Assembly: GCA_039815375.1 (NCBI GenBank)
Contig: JBCBZJ010000011.1
Coordinates: forward strand, 1-64,000
Direction of reading: 5' to 3'
Origin: Verrucomicrobiota bacterium
Lineage (GTDB): Bacteria; Verrucomicrobiota; Verrucomicrobiia; Opitutales; Coraliomargaritaceae
Length of the DNA stretch: 64,000 nucleotides
In this document: positions 45,652 through 55,639 of the stretch, piece after piece
Layout: each line of letters opens with the position of its first letter
How positions within the stretch are numbered: position 1 is the first letter of the stretch
Made by a program: the position numbers and the translations under genes
The notes under the pieces: model-generated
The model's database searches: none
Seen by the model: only the letters and a program-made list of their open reading frames with translations
What the model was told of the DNA's origin: nothing

Positions 45652-47511
45652 ATGAAAACTATTTGGACCCTCTTCGCCAGTGCACTGGTCCTTCCGGTTC
45701 TCATACATGCCGCCCAGGATCGCCCCAACATCGTTTGGCTGACATCAGAAGACAACTCGGCAAATTGGTATCGGCTTTACAATCCAGAACACGGAACGCC
45801 TATGCCGAACATTGAGCGGCTTGCCCGGGAAGGGTTGGTATTCAATAACGCCTATTCTAACGCTCCCGTCTGTTCAACGGCGCGCTCAACAATTATTTCC
45901 GGCTGTTACGGACCACGAACCGGTGCACAGTATCATCGTAAAGCAAGGGAGGTGAACTTTCCCAGTGGCCTGAAACCATTTCCCGCCTACTTGCGGGAGG
46001 CTGGTTACTACACGAGCAATAACAGCAAAAAGGATTACAATTACAAAAATGCGGACAGCGGATGGGACAGCTCCGCGAAGCAGGCCCACTACAAGAACCG
46101 GCAGCCGAAACAACCGTTTTTTCATGTACAGAACTACATGACGACGCACGAAGGGGAACTGTTCAAAGGAATCAAGGACGAAGCCTTGGCTTTCGATCCG
46201 GCCCAAGTAAACATTTTCCCCTATCACCCGGATACGCCCACCTTTCGTCGAAAATATGCGCAGTACTTAAGCCTGCATCAGCGTGTCGACGCAGAGATCG
46301 GCAAGTTTATCGATGAGCTCGAAGCGCAGGAACTACTCGACGATACTTTTATCTTCCACTACGGAGACCACGGTGGCGTCCTGCCTGGCAGCAAAGGTTA
46401 CGCACGCAATGATGGCCTGCAGGTGGCCATGGTCGTTTACGTGCCCGCGAACTGGAAACACCTCGTGCCCGCGAAGGTAGGCTCACGGATCGACGGTTTT
46501 GTCGATTTCACTGATCTCGCACCCACTGTGCTTAATCTCGCCGGAATTGAAATACCGAAACAGATTGATGGAAAACCATTCCTAGGAAAAGGCGTAACTC
46601 TGGATGAATTGAGCCGCCGCAATACCACCTTCGGCTACGCTGAACGCTTCGACGAGAAATATGATATGGTCCGCTTCCTGCGCAAAGGCAGATATACCTA
46701 CTGGCGCAGTTACCAACCTTTTAATTTTGACGGACTTCACAATGAATACCGCTACAAGCAACCGGCCTTTGTCGAATGGCGCCAGCTCCATCAAGCAGGC
46801 AAACTCAACAAAGCACAAAGTCAGTTCTTTGAACCGCGCCAGCCGGAAATGCTTTTCGACCTAAACAAGGACCCGCATGAGACCAACAACCTTGCCAATG
46901 ATCCTGCCTATACCGAAATTCTGCTCGATTTGCGTCAAACACTACAGGACAAAGTCGTATCGTTGCCGGATATCGGTTTCTTCCCTGAGCCTGTTTTTCT
47001 TCGTGAGAGTAACGGCAACGGTACCGCCTTCGGCCTGAAGCATAAGGAACAGATCGCCAGCCTAATTAGAATCGCAGACCTGCAGCTCAAAGCCTTCCCC
47101 GAAGCAAAGGGTGGAATCGCTCAAGCGCTGAACTCAGAGCTACCGATGGAACGCTATTGGGCCCTGATCACCTGTAGTGCATTTGGTCGGCAGGCAGCTG
47201 ACTTCTACGCACGGGCAAAGCAATTGGCCAAAAGTGATCCGAACAATCTCGTGCGTGCCCGTGCTGCTGAGTTCTTAGGTCTCACCGGCTCAGCAGACCC
47301 GATGCCGTACATCGCTGAAGTGCTTGAGCAATGCGAAGATACCTGCGAGGCAAATCTCGTTCTCAATAGTGTCGCACTCCTGCGCGATGGCGCAGGTATT
47401 GCAGTCAGTCCGGAGGATCTACGGATACCATCTCTGCCTCAAAAAGCCCGACGAAATTCCCCACATTCGCACACACTGAGACGCATCAAGTACCTGTTGG
47501 AAGCCCCATGA
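45652..47511 (+). CDS. Secreted S1 sulfatase with C-terminal HEAT-like repeats (start revised to ATG 45652)
   Basis: RPNIVWLTSEDN, CSTARSTIISG, KKDYN, YGDHGG, ERFDEKYD, EMLFDLNKDPHE; C-terminal ERYWAL...VRARAAEFLG. Confidence 0.94.
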   Translation: MKTIWTLFASALVLPVLIHAAQDRPNIVWLTSEDNSANWYRLYNPEHGTPMPNIERLAREGLVFNNAYSNAPVCSTARSTIISGCYGPRTGAQYHRKAREVNFPSGLKPFPAYLREAGYYTSNNSKKDYNYKNADSGWDSSAKQAHYKNRQPKQPFFHVQNYMTTHEGELFKGIKDEALAFDPAQVNIFPYHPDTPTFRRKYAQYLSLHQRVDAEIGKFIDELEAQELLDDTFIFHYGDHGGVLPGSKGYARNDGLQVAMVVYVPANWKHLVPAKVGSRIDGFVDFTDLAPTVLNLAGIEIPKQIDGKPFLGKGVTLDELSRRNTTFGYAERFDEKYDMVRFLRKGRYTYWRSYQPFNFDGLHNEYRYKQPAFVEWRQLHQAGKLNKAQSQFFEPRQPEMLFDLNKDPHETNNLANDPAYTEILLDLRQTLQDKVVSLPDIGFFPEPVFLRESNGNGTAFGLKHKEQIASLIRIADLQLKAFPEAKGGIAQALNSELPMERYWALITCSAFGRQAADFYARAKQLAKSDPNNLVRARAAEFLGLTGSADPMPYIAEVLEQCEDTCEANLVLNSVALLRDGAGIAVSPEDLRIPSLPQKARRNSPHSHTLRRIKYLLEAP

Positions 47512-49289
47512 TCACGAAACATTCAAGATGTATTCCAGCCAGAAAAGTGGGATACCGATCCGCAATCGCTTTTGCTCTTGGCTTTCTAATGCTCTGGCAG
47601 AGTTGCCTGGCCGCAGACTCTGAGTCATTCGAAGCCGATGTCTGTGTCTACGGCGGAACCGCAAGCGGTGTGATGGCTGCCATCGCAGCAAAACGGGAAG
47701 GAGCCACAGTGATCCTCATTGAGCCCAGTCGCTGGCTAGGTGGTATGACTGGCGGCGGGATCAACCATCTTGACTGGGGTAAAGGGAATACCGTGGGCGG
47801 CTCGACATATACGATACTGACAGAGGGATTGGAAAAACAAAAAAGAGCTCATCAAGGGCATGCGATTCTCGGTATAGGGAACAAAGAGTATCGCGAGCGT
47901 TTCAAGAAAACCGTTGAGGAGCTGGGCATCACCGTCGTCTACGAACACCGTCTAGGTAAAGTTCACCTCGAAAACGCTGTCATTGCCTCCCCCACGCGCC
48001 AGAGGCCGATGACCTTGAACGACCACCCTGCAGTAGAAAACAAGGAGGGAAATTCAATCCGCGCCATTACCCTTGATTACGCTCCTGTCGACAATACCGG
48101 ATGCCCTATTCCCGAACCGAAGAAGCTCGATGCCATCACGGTCTCTGCCAATGTGTTTATCGATTGCTCCTATGAAGGCGACTTACTGGCGATGAGTGGC
48201 GTTGGCTACACATGGGGACGGGAGTCGCGCGAGCACTATGATGAATCGCTTGCCGGAGTGCGTCCGAGTCTTTGGGTGCACGAGATCGACCCCTACCTCG
48301 AACCCGGCAAACCTGAAAGCGGATTAATCCCATTCATACAAGATCGGCAGATGGGGCCGGTGGGCAGTGCGGACTCGTTGACAATGGGGTACTGTTTTCG
48401 GTTCGAGTTTGATAAGAGTGGCAAAGGCATACCGATTCCCGAACCCGCAAATTACGATCCTGCCGAATTTGAACTGTTTCGCCGGGCTTTTCGCAATGGC
48501 ACCGACATATTCTACGGACGAAAGATGCGGGAACTCGGCAAAATCTCACAGGGAAAAGGGAAGCCCTTCATCGCATTTTCCAACTTGAATCGCAACCTGA
48601 TGGCCTCAACCGTCTTTGGGTGTAACGAAGACTACCCGAACGGCGATTGGGCAACACGGTCACGGATCTGGAAATTCCATCAGGAGTTCTTCAGCAAGCT
48701 GGTTCACTTCATCAGAACCGATCCTCAGAGCCCTGAAAAATTGAAGCGGGATGCGGGGAAACTTTCCTTCAGAAGGGGCCCGTTTGATGAAACCGGAGGC
48801 TGGCCCAGTCAGTTTTATGTTCGCGAAGCCCGCAGAATGGTATCGTCGTACGTCCTCACTCAGAAAGACCTTGAAGGTAAGACACATCCATCGCATCCGG
48901 TGGGTATCGCCGCCTACGGGGTCGACGATTGGCCATATGCTACAGTCGTGGAGAATGGCAAGGTGGCACTGCAGGGCGGTGAATTTTCCATCCTTTATCT
49001 GGACGACGGAAAATACAACGGCAGCTATCAAATCCCCTACGAGGCTATCGTGCCGCGCAAGGGAGAATGCAGCAATTTGATAGTGCCCGTTTGCCTTTCA
49101 GCCAGCCATATCGCTATGACATCCATCCGCATGGAACCGGTCTGGATGATTCTCGGCGAATCCGCGGGAGTGGCCGCCGCGATGGCGGTCGATGCCGACA
49201 TCCCCGTTCAGGAGCTTGCCTACCACAAGCTTCGCCCTAAGCTGAATGAACTAAACCAGATCCTCGAACGGAAAGAACAGGACAAGTAA
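47508..49289 (+). CDS. Secreted FAD-dependent oxidoreductase (FAD_oxidored family)
   Basis: DVCVYGGTASGVMAAIAA, IEPSRWLGGM, FIDCSYEGDL, YVREARRM, SIRMEPVWM; ATGA-coupled to the sulfatase. Confidence 0.9.
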   Translation: MITKHSRCIPARKVGYRSAIAFALGFLMLWQSCLAADSESFEADVCVYGGTASGVMAAIAAKREGATVILIEPSRWLGGMTGGGINHLDWGKGNTVGGSTYTILTEGLEKQKRAHQGHAILGIGNKEYRERFKKTVEELGITVVYEHRLGKVHLENAVIASPTRQRPMTLNDHPAVENKEGNSIRAITLDYAPVDNTGCPIPEPKKLDAITVSANVFIDCSYEGDLLAMSGVGYTWGRESREHYDESLAGVRPSLWVHEIDPYLEPGKPESGLIPFIQDRQMGPVGSADSLTMGYCFRFEFDKSGKGIPIPEPANYDPAEFELFRRAFRNGTDIFYGRKMRELGKISQGKGKPFIAFSNLNRNLMASTVFGCNEDYPNGDWATRSRIWKFHQEFFSKLVHFIRTDPQSPEKLKRDAGKLSFRRGPFDETGGWPSQFYVREARRMVSSYVLTQKDLEGKTHPSHPVGIAAYGVDDWPYATVVENGKVALQGGEFSILYLDDGKYNGSYQIPYEAIVPRKGECSNLIVPVCLSASHIAMTSIRMEPVWMILGESAGVAAAMAVDADIPVQELAYHKLRPKLNELNQILERKEQDK

Positions 49290-49470
49290 AAAGTAACGCT
49301 ATTCAAACGTGTTAAAAGCCCAAGCACTACACATCACTCCGCCAGAATACTGCTATTGGCTCTGAGCCTGAGTGTCGCTACTCAAAAGATCTTTTCCGCC
49401 GATAAGCTCAGGAACAACAAAGCTGATAACAAGTGGCTCTCTTGACAAAATCTTTAACAATCACTCCACA

Positions 49471-51720
49471 ATGAACAACAACGCCACCCTCAACCTGACA
49501 TCGCGGATCTCAAGAATCTGCCTGATCGGCTTATCTCTAACTGTATTAGCTGCACTAACTGCAGTCGCACAGGCAAAACCGAATGTGGTCTTGATTTATG
49601 CCGATGATTTCGGATGGGGTGACCTTCGGCATCATAACGACCGACCCGAACATTTTCGTTATACACCTAATCTGGATGTCATGTTCGGTGAAGGTGTCGA
49701 ACTGACAAACTACATGACCCACCCGGTCTGTTCACCTTCCCGAGCAGGATTGTTGACCGGCAAGCATTACGCTAAAGTAGCTGCCGGGCCGCGCACTGGC
49801 GGAACCCTACCTAACGATATACGCAATATTGCAAAAGACTTCCAAGCTGCTGGCTATCGAACAGGAGCATTCGGTAAATGGCACAATAGTTATCCAAATT
49901 TTCCTGCCGATGGAAATGGGCGAATAGCGAACTACAATAAGGAGGGAAAGTTCAATGAGTTACATGGCCAGAAGACCTTGGACCTGACCGACAATATTTT
50001 TGGGAATCATAAAGGATGGAAGTGGGGCGTTGGCGTCAATGCCTACGGTTTTGATCGTTGGGTAGGCTACTACAACGGTGGCGGTGATTTGTTTAACCGC
50101 TACGTTGATATTCATCATGATATTGATTGGTGGCATGACCGTTCCTATCGCAGCGATGAAAAAGGCTACACAACCGACCTGATCACGAAATATGCGCTCG
50201 AGTTCATCGAGCAAAGCAAAGGCGAACCTTTCTTCTGCTATATCCCTCATTTGGCCATTCACAATCCGCTGCAATTGAAGCGCTCGGATTTGATGGAGTT
50301 CTGTAGTCACTTGGATAGCAAACTTGGGATTAAGGGACAGTGGGACTATATCTCGAAAATTGTCAGCCCGAAGACTGGACGGAAAGTTGGCGAGGTCGAA
50401 GAGATCAGGTTTGGAAAAAACGAGGAGTTTGACCTCGCAAAACTAGACCGGAACAAGGGGCATTTAACCCATTTGGCTAATGCAGCATTTATCTATACAC
50501 TGGATAAAAGTGTCGGGATGGTTTTCCGCAAAATTGCTGATTTGGGTTTAGGCAAGAATACAATATTTGTTTTTGCCAGTGATAACGGCGGCACACCTCG
50601 GTCGGTCAACCTGCCGTTTCAGGGTGGCAAACATACCTTGTGGGAGGGAGGTGTCCATGTCCCCGCCGCCATTTGGTGGCCGGGCACATTTGATCGAAAA
50701 AACACACCTTACGCCCGTCGTCAGGGTGGAAGCTACGAGGGATTGATCGGATATATCGACCTCTACCCGACCCTCATGGCCATGACTCGCCAGCAATGCC
50801 AGGCGAAGGACCTGGATGGGATGAACTGCTGGCAACACCTGCAAAACGGAACCGAGTGCCGACCGGATGAGCTATCAGATGCATTCTTCTGGATGTGGGA
50901 CAATTTCGGGACAATACGAACACGAAAGTGGAAATTATTTTATTCGGAGACCAGCCGTCCACGATTGTATGACATTCAAAGCGATGTTGCGGAGAAAAAC
51001 AATGTCGCTGCCTCCCACCCTGAGGTGTGCAAGATCCTGATCGAACAATATCGTAATTGGATCAACGACAACAACTATTCCATGTCTTGGATGGCCATAG
51101 AGGATAAAAACCTAAGCCATACGGAACCTGCACCTGAAGGCGATATCCTAGAGATTCGAGCAATACAAAACAAGCCGATCAAAAATCAAAAGCGCGACGG
51201 TACATATATACGGTTTGCAACCGGTAGTGGCTGGGAAGAAGAATATGACGCTTACGTGCATGCAGGCGACCGGGTTGAGTTTGATATTTTTGTCCGCGAA
51301 GACAGTGACGCTGTGACGGGGTGTTACTACACACCCGGTTCAGGCTGGAATCCCTACTTCAATGAGTCTAACGGAATTAATCAAGATGGAGAGCTTATAA
51401 ACAATCTTGAGCTGCCTAAAGGCAAATGGGTACGTCAGGTAGTGGGCGTCGGCAATCTTTGCCCAGCTGTTATCAAGGTCAATTACATCGCGCTGCTTGG
51501 TAAAAATCCGGGGACCTACCATTATTATCTGGATAATATCGTTATCCGCAAAAGCGACGATGGCATTCGAAGCGTTATTTGGCAATCGAAGCCAGACCTG
51601 ATCAATCTAATCTACCGCTATGGCAATAAGAATTATAATACACTCGAGAAGGCAAAAGAGAGCAAAGGATTCGCATTTAGCGATATAGAGCTTTCCGTTA
51701 CCAGCCATTCACGAGAGTAG
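49471..51720 (+). CDS. Secreted S1 sulfatase with internal insert and ~190-aa C-terminal beta domain (start revised to ATG 49471)
   Basis: KPNVVLIYADDFGWGD, CSPSRAGLLTG, GKWHN, ASDNGG, WEGGVHVP, LYDIQSDVAE; the extension contains YYLDNIVI. Confidence 0.93.
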   Translation: MNNNATLNLTSRISRICLIGLSLTVLAALTAVAQAKPNVVLIYADDFGWGDLRHHNDRPEHFRYTPNLDVMFGEGVELTNYMTHPVCSPSRAGLLTGKHYAKVAAGPRTGGTLPNDIRNIAKDFQAAGYRTGAFGKWHNSYPNFPADGNGRIANYNKEGKFNELHGQKTLDLTDNIFGNHKGWKWGVGVNAYGFDRWVGYYNGGGDLFNRYVDIHHDIDWWHDRSYRSDEKGYTTDLITKYALEFIEQSKGEPFFCYIPHLAIHNPLQLKRSDLMEFCSHLDSKLGIKGQWDYISKIVSPKTGRKVGEVEEIRFGKNEEFDLAKLDRNKGHLTHLANAAFIYTLDKSVGMVFRKIADLGLGKNTIFVFASDNGGTPRSVNLPFQGGKHTLWEGGVHVPAAIWWPGTFDRKNTPYARRQGGSYEGLIGYIDLYPTLMAMTRQQCQAKDLDGMNCWQHLQNGTECRPDELSDAFFWMWDNFGTIRTRKWKLFYSETSRPRLYDIQSDVAEKNNVAASHPEVCKILIEQYRNWINDNNYSMSWMAIEDKNLSHTEPAPEGDILEIRAIQNKPIKNQKRDGTYIRFATGSGWEEEYDAYVHAGDRVEFDIFVREDSDAVTGCYYTPGSGWNPYFNESNGINQDGELINNLELPKGKWVRQVVGVGNLCPAVIKVNYIALLGKNPGTYHYYLDNIVIRKSDDGIRSVIWQSKPDLINLIYRYGNKNYNTLEKAKESKGFAFSDIELSVTSHSRE

Positions 51721-52039
51721 AAATCTGAGTATTTGTTATCATCCCCGAGATAACTGCCCCACCCCTAGAAAGGCAATCCCCTCTACCTGATTGTTAACCT
51801 GAAATAATCCGGGAAAGTCGCTTCTTATCCATAGAGATCACAAATTTCGTTAGTAACAACTGCTCCTTCTCATGATTGTTTTATACGGGAAAGTTCCAGG
51901 CCGTTATCGAAAGACAAACGATTATGCATCGATTTTAGAGGCACCTCTCAGGCCGAAGTCTAGCTCGGACCAACACCGCTCGGCAACTGATGCTATGACT
52001 GTATCGACTCTCAATATAATCTGAACACTTTTATCGAAT

Positions 52040-55000
52040 TTGAACGCGCTACGATACACAATCATAACCCTGTCAATTCTTTGCGGTAGTGTGCAGGCCA
52101 TAGCACTATCGCAGCGCGACTTCAGAGAAATTGCCTCGCTGGTTGAAAATCGGAAGATGTCCGATGAAAAAAAGGTAACGGCTGCAATATTGAAGCTCGG
52201 GAAATCAGACCATAACGAAGCCGTGCCTCTGCTCCTGGAAGTTCTCAAGTCGGCTCCGCGGGCCAGTGGCAATAATGAGGCCGAACGGCTTACCAAAACC
52301 CTCGGCGGAAGGCTCAGCCTTGCGGCACTCGAATCTCTGGGCCAGCTCGGTCCAAAAGCTGCGGAAGCAGTACCCTTTCTCCTTAGTGAAAACTTCTTTC
52401 TAATAAAAGGTGGCTACACCTCAAAGAACAAGCCTCTGCGGATGGCTACGATCAACACCTTAATCAAGATCGGTAAGCCTGCAGTTCCTCAAGTAGTCGA
52501 AATGCTCTCGATGCCGAATGGCAGGAACCACTTCAGATGGCAGTGGTGGGGAAAGGAGATCCTGCAACAAATGGCGACCGATCCGGAACTGGCAGACGCC
52601 ATTGTCGAGGCCGTCGTCCAGGCTGCTGAAGGAGGAACGCTCAAGGGCGAGCAACTCTCCATCTTTGAGATTCTGCCACCAGCGGCCGAGGAAGAAGCCA
52701 TACGGGCGATGGGAGCACAGGTCATTCAGCCGATCCTCGATGCAATCGCAAAGGCCGGCGCTGACGACATGACGATGAATCTGGGGATTCGTCAGCCGAA
52801 AGCGATCAAACTGTATCTCAAGCTCCGGCAAATGGATAAAATCCTTGGTGGTAATGAAGTCATGGAGGCTATTGAGAACGCCTTGGCGGCCTACTCGGGC
52901 GCTACCGAAGAGCAGGGAATCAAGACAGCAAAGGACCACGAATCACCCAACAAGGTCTGGAAAAAGCAGGTGATGTTGATCGATGCCCTTGCAATGCTGG
53001 GGGAGAAATCGGTTCCCGCCCTAATTCGGGCCTTGGACAATGATCGCCACCGCAAACTGCTCTTCGACAGACTCGGGCCCAATGTCCCGCATAACCACCT
53101 GATTTCCAGCATTGCGGAACACGGCAGCAGGAGCAATTCCGATTTCAGATTCTACTATTCGCTTGGCCTTTGTGTCGGGTCGGATGCGGAAATGGCGAAG
53201 CAAATGGTAGGCCGCCTTGCTACCGACGAACATGCCATGGTAGGCTACCTGAGTATGGTATTGGATCGAATGGCACCCGCCAGTATCGATCCGGTTGCTG
53301 TAAAGCTTCGTAGCAAAGAGAGCGATTGGTATGGCCGATGGGCCGCAGCCGGCGTCCTTGAGCTGATGGGACCCAAGGCCAAGCAGGCTGCTCCAACACT
53401 GAAGCTGACTCTGGCAGATGAAAAGGAGGACCTAGCCGTGCGTGTAGCTGCAGCCAAAGCACTGGCAAGGATTCAAGGGATGGATGTCTTTGATCTGCTG
53501 CAACAGATTCCCAATGTAGAAGAGCGTATCCTATCAGACACCCATGCCAAAGCACTAGCCTGGCGCAAGGCCTACGCAGCACGCGAAGGCACCCGGGAAG
53601 TTCCGGATAGCGACTGGGGCAAGATGGCATGGTTGCCTCATGCCATCTGCGGCGGTGGCAATATTGAGATAGCCAATCAAGAGCTGAAGAAATGCGCAGA
53701 ACGCGGGTCAGTCGGCTCGTTCATGGATGTCAATATGGTCCGGGCTTTCATGGCCTGCTACAGCAAAAGTGAGTATTTCCCTGGCCGCTTGTATCCAGAC
53801 ACAGAAGCAGCCATGAAAGAATATTTCTTCAAGCATGGAAAGTATGCGATGTCGGCGAAAGAATTGCGGGAGAACGCGAAGAAGCACTACGGCAAGATCA
53901 ATACCAACATCCCGATCAATTTCAGCACCCGCTATTACCTGAGCCTCGGCGTCCTCAAGGATGACCCGGAATACCGGAACCGTAAATTCAAAGAAGGCGA
54001 TACCGTAATCGAGCGCTACGAAGCATGGAACGAGTTCTTCAAGGAATTTTTGAAATTCTGGGCGCTCAACGGACTATGGGTAGAGCATGCCTCCAGCAAT
54101 TATGAATATCATACCTACCCTTCCTATTTCAATTTGGCCGATTTTGCTCCCGATCCAGTGGTACGGCAGCGTGCCCGGATGTTTCTCGACCTTGCCTTGA
54201 TCGAACGTGAGCAAATAACCATCTCACATCTGAGGGGTGGTAGCAAAAGCCGGGCGAAAAAAGGCGGACTTGGTTCAAGCTTCAACCCGTATGTCGGTCT
54301 GCTCTATGGTGAACGGGGCAGCATTTCCAGCCATTCGCAGATCTCGACTTCCGGGTATATGCCGCCGGACGCTGCGGTGCTTCTTCGTAAATTCGGACCC
54401 ACTACACCGCATTATGAAATCCATAACACTCACTGGGGCGGAAAAGGACCATCCGGAATCAGTCGTGCCTACAACTATGCCTATTGCACACCGGAGTATA
54501 TCATCGGCGCAGCCACCTATGACCCTAACGTGGGGCATGGAAAGAATACCCTGGGTCAGTGGAGTGGCGTCATCTTCCGTGATCTGGCGGCTATCTCGAT
54601 GGATGCCTACACTGGCGAGAAATGGTGCGTTCAGGACAAAGACGCACTGATCTTACAGCGATGCACGGTGCAGGGTTACAGCGGCTGGCCGAAGATCAAT
54701 TTCGAATCCGGATTTGAAAAGGTCGAAAAGGATGGCTGGATCTTTGTCAATAACGGCGAGGCCTTTGCTGGCGTAAAGGTCGTCGCCGGTGGCTATTTCT
54801 GGGGCGATCCGATCAAACGGACGCTCTACCTCGGCGATCAACTCTCTCCGGTAATCATCCAGACCGGAACCTTAAAAGACTATAACTCGTTCGCCGCTTT
54901 TCAGGAGGCTATCTGCAAGGCACAACTGGACTTCAAAGACGATACGATGTTCTACCAGGGCCCCGGTGTGGCAAAACTTGAGCTCACTTGCATCACTGCC

Positions 55001-55408
55001 GAACAGGTCGCAATGGATAAGCAGAGAATGAGTGCCTATAACCAAGCCTTTGATGCATACTGCAAAGAAATTGAAAAAACACATGGGTTGAAAATCAAGG
55101 AACGCATCAAGAGCGAACGAATTAGTAAAGGCGCGAAACCCTGGTCAGGCGTTGCAAACCAGAACTACAAAAAAGAAATCAAAGCCATCGCCGCCCCTCT
55201 CTGGGAAGCACGGGGGATGACACCACCAATACCCGACTACCCACTTCCACAGATTCAGGACCAAACCATCAAATTCGGAGCAGATCAGGAATATGTCTAC
55301 CGCAGCCCGTATATGGAAAGAAAGCAAGAAAGCGAGGTCGTGACGGTCCGCTACGGCGAGCGAACATGGATCTATGATTTTAGCCGGAACTCGGTTAGCG
55401 AGTTGTAG
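52040..55408 (+). CDS. Large secreted hypothetical protein: N-terminal HEAT repeats + C-terminal heparinase II/III-like (alpha-toroid + beta) region
   Basis: TTG start and signal peptide; HEAT motifs (LGQLGPKAAEAVPFL, VRVAAAKALARI); EHASSNYEYHTY...NLADFAPDPVVRQRARMFLDL...GGSKSRA. Confidence 0.65.
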   Translation: MNALRYTIITLSILCGSVQAIALSQRDFREIASLVENRKMSDEKKVTAAILKLGKSDHNEAVPLLLEVLKSAPRASGNNEAERLTKTLGGRLSLAALESLGQLGPKAAEAVPFLLSENFFLIKGGYTSKNKPLRMATINTLIKIGKPAVPQVVEMLSMPNGRNHFRWQWWGKEILQQMATDPELADAIVEAVVQAAEGGTLKGEQLSIFEILPPAAEEEAIRAMGAQVIQPILDAIAKAGADDMTMNLGIRQPKAIKLYLKLRQMDKILGGNEVMEAIENALAAYSGATEEQGIKTAKDHESPNKVWKKQVMLIDALAMLGEKSVPALIRALDNDRHRKLLFDRLGPNVPHNHLISSIAEHGSRSNSDFRFYYSLGLCVGSDAEMAKQMVGRLATDEHAMVGYLSMVLDRMAPASIDPVAVKLRSKESDWYGRWAAAGVLELMGPKAKQAAPTLKLTLADEKEDLAVRVAAAKALARIQGMDVFDLLQQIPNVEERILSDTHAKALAWRKAYAAREGTREVPDSDWGKMAWLPHAICGGGNIEIANQELKKCAERGSVGSFMDVNMVRAFMACYSKSEYFPGRLYPDTEAAMKEYFFKHGKYAMSAKELRENAKKHYGKINTNIPINFSTRYYLSLGVLKDDPEYRNRKFKEGDTVIERYEAWNEFFKEFLKFWALNGLWVEHASSNYEYHTYPSYFNLADFAPDPVVRQRARMFLDLALIEREQITISHLRGGSKSRAKKGGLGSSFNPYVGLLYGERGSISSHSQISTSGYMPPDAAVLLRKFGPTTPHYEIHNTHWGGKGPSGISRAYNYAYCTPEYIIGAATYDPNVGHGKNTLGQWSGVIFRDLAAISMDAYTGEKWCVQDKDALILQRCTVQGYSGWPKINFESGFEKVEKDGWIFVNNGEAFAGVKVVAGGYFWGDPIKRTLYLGDQLSPVIIQTGTLKDYNSFAAFQEAICKAQLDFKDDTMFYQGPGVAKLELTCITAEQVAMDKQRMSAYNQAFDAYCKEIEKTHGLKIKERIKSERISKGAKPWSGVANQNYKKEIKAIAAPLWEARGMTPPIPDYPLPQIQDQTIKFGADQEYVYRSPYMERKQESEVVTVRYGERTWIYDFSRNSVSEL

Positions 55409-55639
55409 ACAGACCCTCTTCACGACTTCAAGCGCTGACTCTAATGATTATACAAATGAAACATATGAATGATCAAATATGGCCTCGGAACCGGAAACAA
55501 TTAAGGTCATCGAAAACTTAAAGAGTCATCTACCTACTTCTGAATCTCATACAGGTAAGTCGAAGCGATAGTTGAAAAATCAGTTCTGGAAACGTCACTC
55601 AAAACATAATCGGGAATATCCTCTAGGTTCTTACAAAAC

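Noticed and set aside
51965..52020. TCGGAC...ACCG and TCGGCAAC half-sites near TATAAT upstream of gene 52040
   Set aside because: The spacing and right half do not fit the 16-bp consensus, so it was not counted as an operator.
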